From the NCBI RefSeq assembly GCF_006345805.1, contig NC_042997.1, positions 43,648,001 to 43,712,000 on the forward strand: DNA of 64,000 nucleotides, in the 5' to 3' direction. The notes under the pieces were generated by a model that was not told the DNA's origin, did no database searches, and worked only from the letters and a program-made list of their open reading frames with translations. The stretch is from Octopus sinensis. Lineage: Eukaryota. Shown in pieces: positions 62,728 through 64,000 of the stretch. The translations under genes and the position numbers were made by a program. Positions within the stretch are counted from its first letter, which is position 1. Each line of letters opens with the position of its first letter.

Positions 62728-62961
62728 ATGTCTTTTCATTTTAGTCAACGAACATTTTGTAACCACTTGTTGAATAATTTCATCAATAGACGGACGTTTT
62801 CTAGTTTCTCGTATGTTATAAAAAATGTTCTAAACAGTCAACATAGATCATGTGTGAATAATCTACTGCGACCAACACGGCAAGTAGTGCAGGTGTCCAC
62901 CCGAAGACATATACACTTGCAGAAGATCGGGGTTGTCGGAGTGCCATTAAATAAAGGACAG
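62728..62961 (+). CDS. ARG: Arginase, first coding exon (78 codons: mitochondrial-type presequence plus start of the catalytic domain)
   Basis: ...HIHLQKIGVVGVPLNKGQ aligns with human ARG1 TIGIIGAPFSKGQ and ARG2 VAVIGAPFSQGQ; phase-0 donor GTAAGT at 62962, matching the exon 1 end of vertebrate arginases; N-terminus R/S-rich with no acidic residues. Confidence 0.85.
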
Positions 62962-64000
62962 GTAAGTTAGTATTTTTTTGCTTACCTTGTCTTTCAACCA
63001 GAGGAGAGCCAGTTTATGCATCGGAACGGTCAGGTGTGATAATTCTTGATCTCAGATACACATACACACGCACACACACACATTTCACTAATTACCAAAA
63101 AAATATTGTCAGATAAATTGTTTTATTTATGTACATTCGTTTGCTGAAGCAGTTTACCTATTTCTTCATTTCTAATTACAAAATCGACCGGTTATTATTA
63201 TTTTGTTTTGATAGTAACACCAAAAGCTTGAAAATGACTTAGCAAATTTACCCATACCGAGTTAACGAACCACACCAATTAGGCGAATGCACCAAAAGCT
63301 TTACAAATCTTTGGTATTATTGATAAAAGCATTATACATATATATGTATATATATATATGTATATATATATATATGTATGTATGTCACATTTAAACTGTA
63401 TTATAAAATCTCTTACACAGCATAAAATGAGTAAAGCGACTACATAATCTATAGATAAAATATCTCATCCAACTTTCAAAGGTTCCCTACATAGTTCCCA
63501 CCACACTGTAAAAGTTTGTTAGTATTTTAAATAAGTTGCATCTTCAGTGTTCCCTTCAGCAATACAATTCATTTTAGTGGTGGATCTGCGACATGAAGAT
63601 CTCTATGCTTCTTTTTCCATTTATTTTGTTCGTTTTCCTACTCATATCCTGGTGATGACAAATTTCTTTTCATCAACCACCAACACGTGGTTCCTTACAA
63701 CTCACCCAAGTCCGCTTCATTTAATATTATCACGTTTTAAAAAATCACTTTTTATAATTAAAATCGGTGGTATTAATAATCAATTTTAACCCTTAAGGCA
63801 ATCCTTTCGCTTAAATAGAGCAAGAATTTATGAGTTTCTACTATTTTCATTTACCGGATCCGATTCTATTTTAACTCGGCGAGCTACATAACTCTACTTG
63901 CACTCAACACACAAGAAGCATTCGAATTTAACAGCTGCTGTCGCTATTTTATGTATATGTACATACGTATGTACATATATAATTTATATTCTATTTCTTG

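Noticed and set aside
62990-63040. TTTCAACCAG acceptor followed by RRASLCIGT as arginase exon 2
   Set aside because: Does not resemble the conserved GVExGP segment; intron would be under 40 nt

Overview
AT-rich eukaryotic DNA, very dense in microsatellites and transposon relics. The SINE families and repeat content look cephalopod, probably Octopus (inference). The only convincing host coding sequence is at the far right: the first coding exon of an arginase (+, 62728-62961), with a long mitochondrial-type presequence, the IGVVGVPLNKGQ motif and a GTAAGT donor at the position conserved in animal arginases. The other ~62 kb is a nested mosaic: three tRNA-derived SINE groups, R4/Dong, Tx1, CR1, Crack-like and RTE LINE fragments, Penelope-like elements (PLEs), two TSD-flanked solo LTRs, pogo/Tigger and mariner relics, pogo, mariner, hAT and piggyBac MITEs, and Helentron-type non-autonomous elements. 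Signals not shown by the ORF track: (1) several minimal type I hammerhead ribozymes in PLE ends, one with a fully canonical core at 44385-44466 (-); (2) two large palindromes centred exactly at the 5' edge of decayed hammerhead cores; (3) apparent microsatellite-specific targeting, with Tx1 in (GATA)n and several R4/Dong families in (TAA)n-type arrays; (4) a recurrent structured motif with hammerhead-like half-cores in non-canonical order. All calls come from reading the sequence by eye. No database search or folding program was run, and boundaries of decayed elements are approximate.
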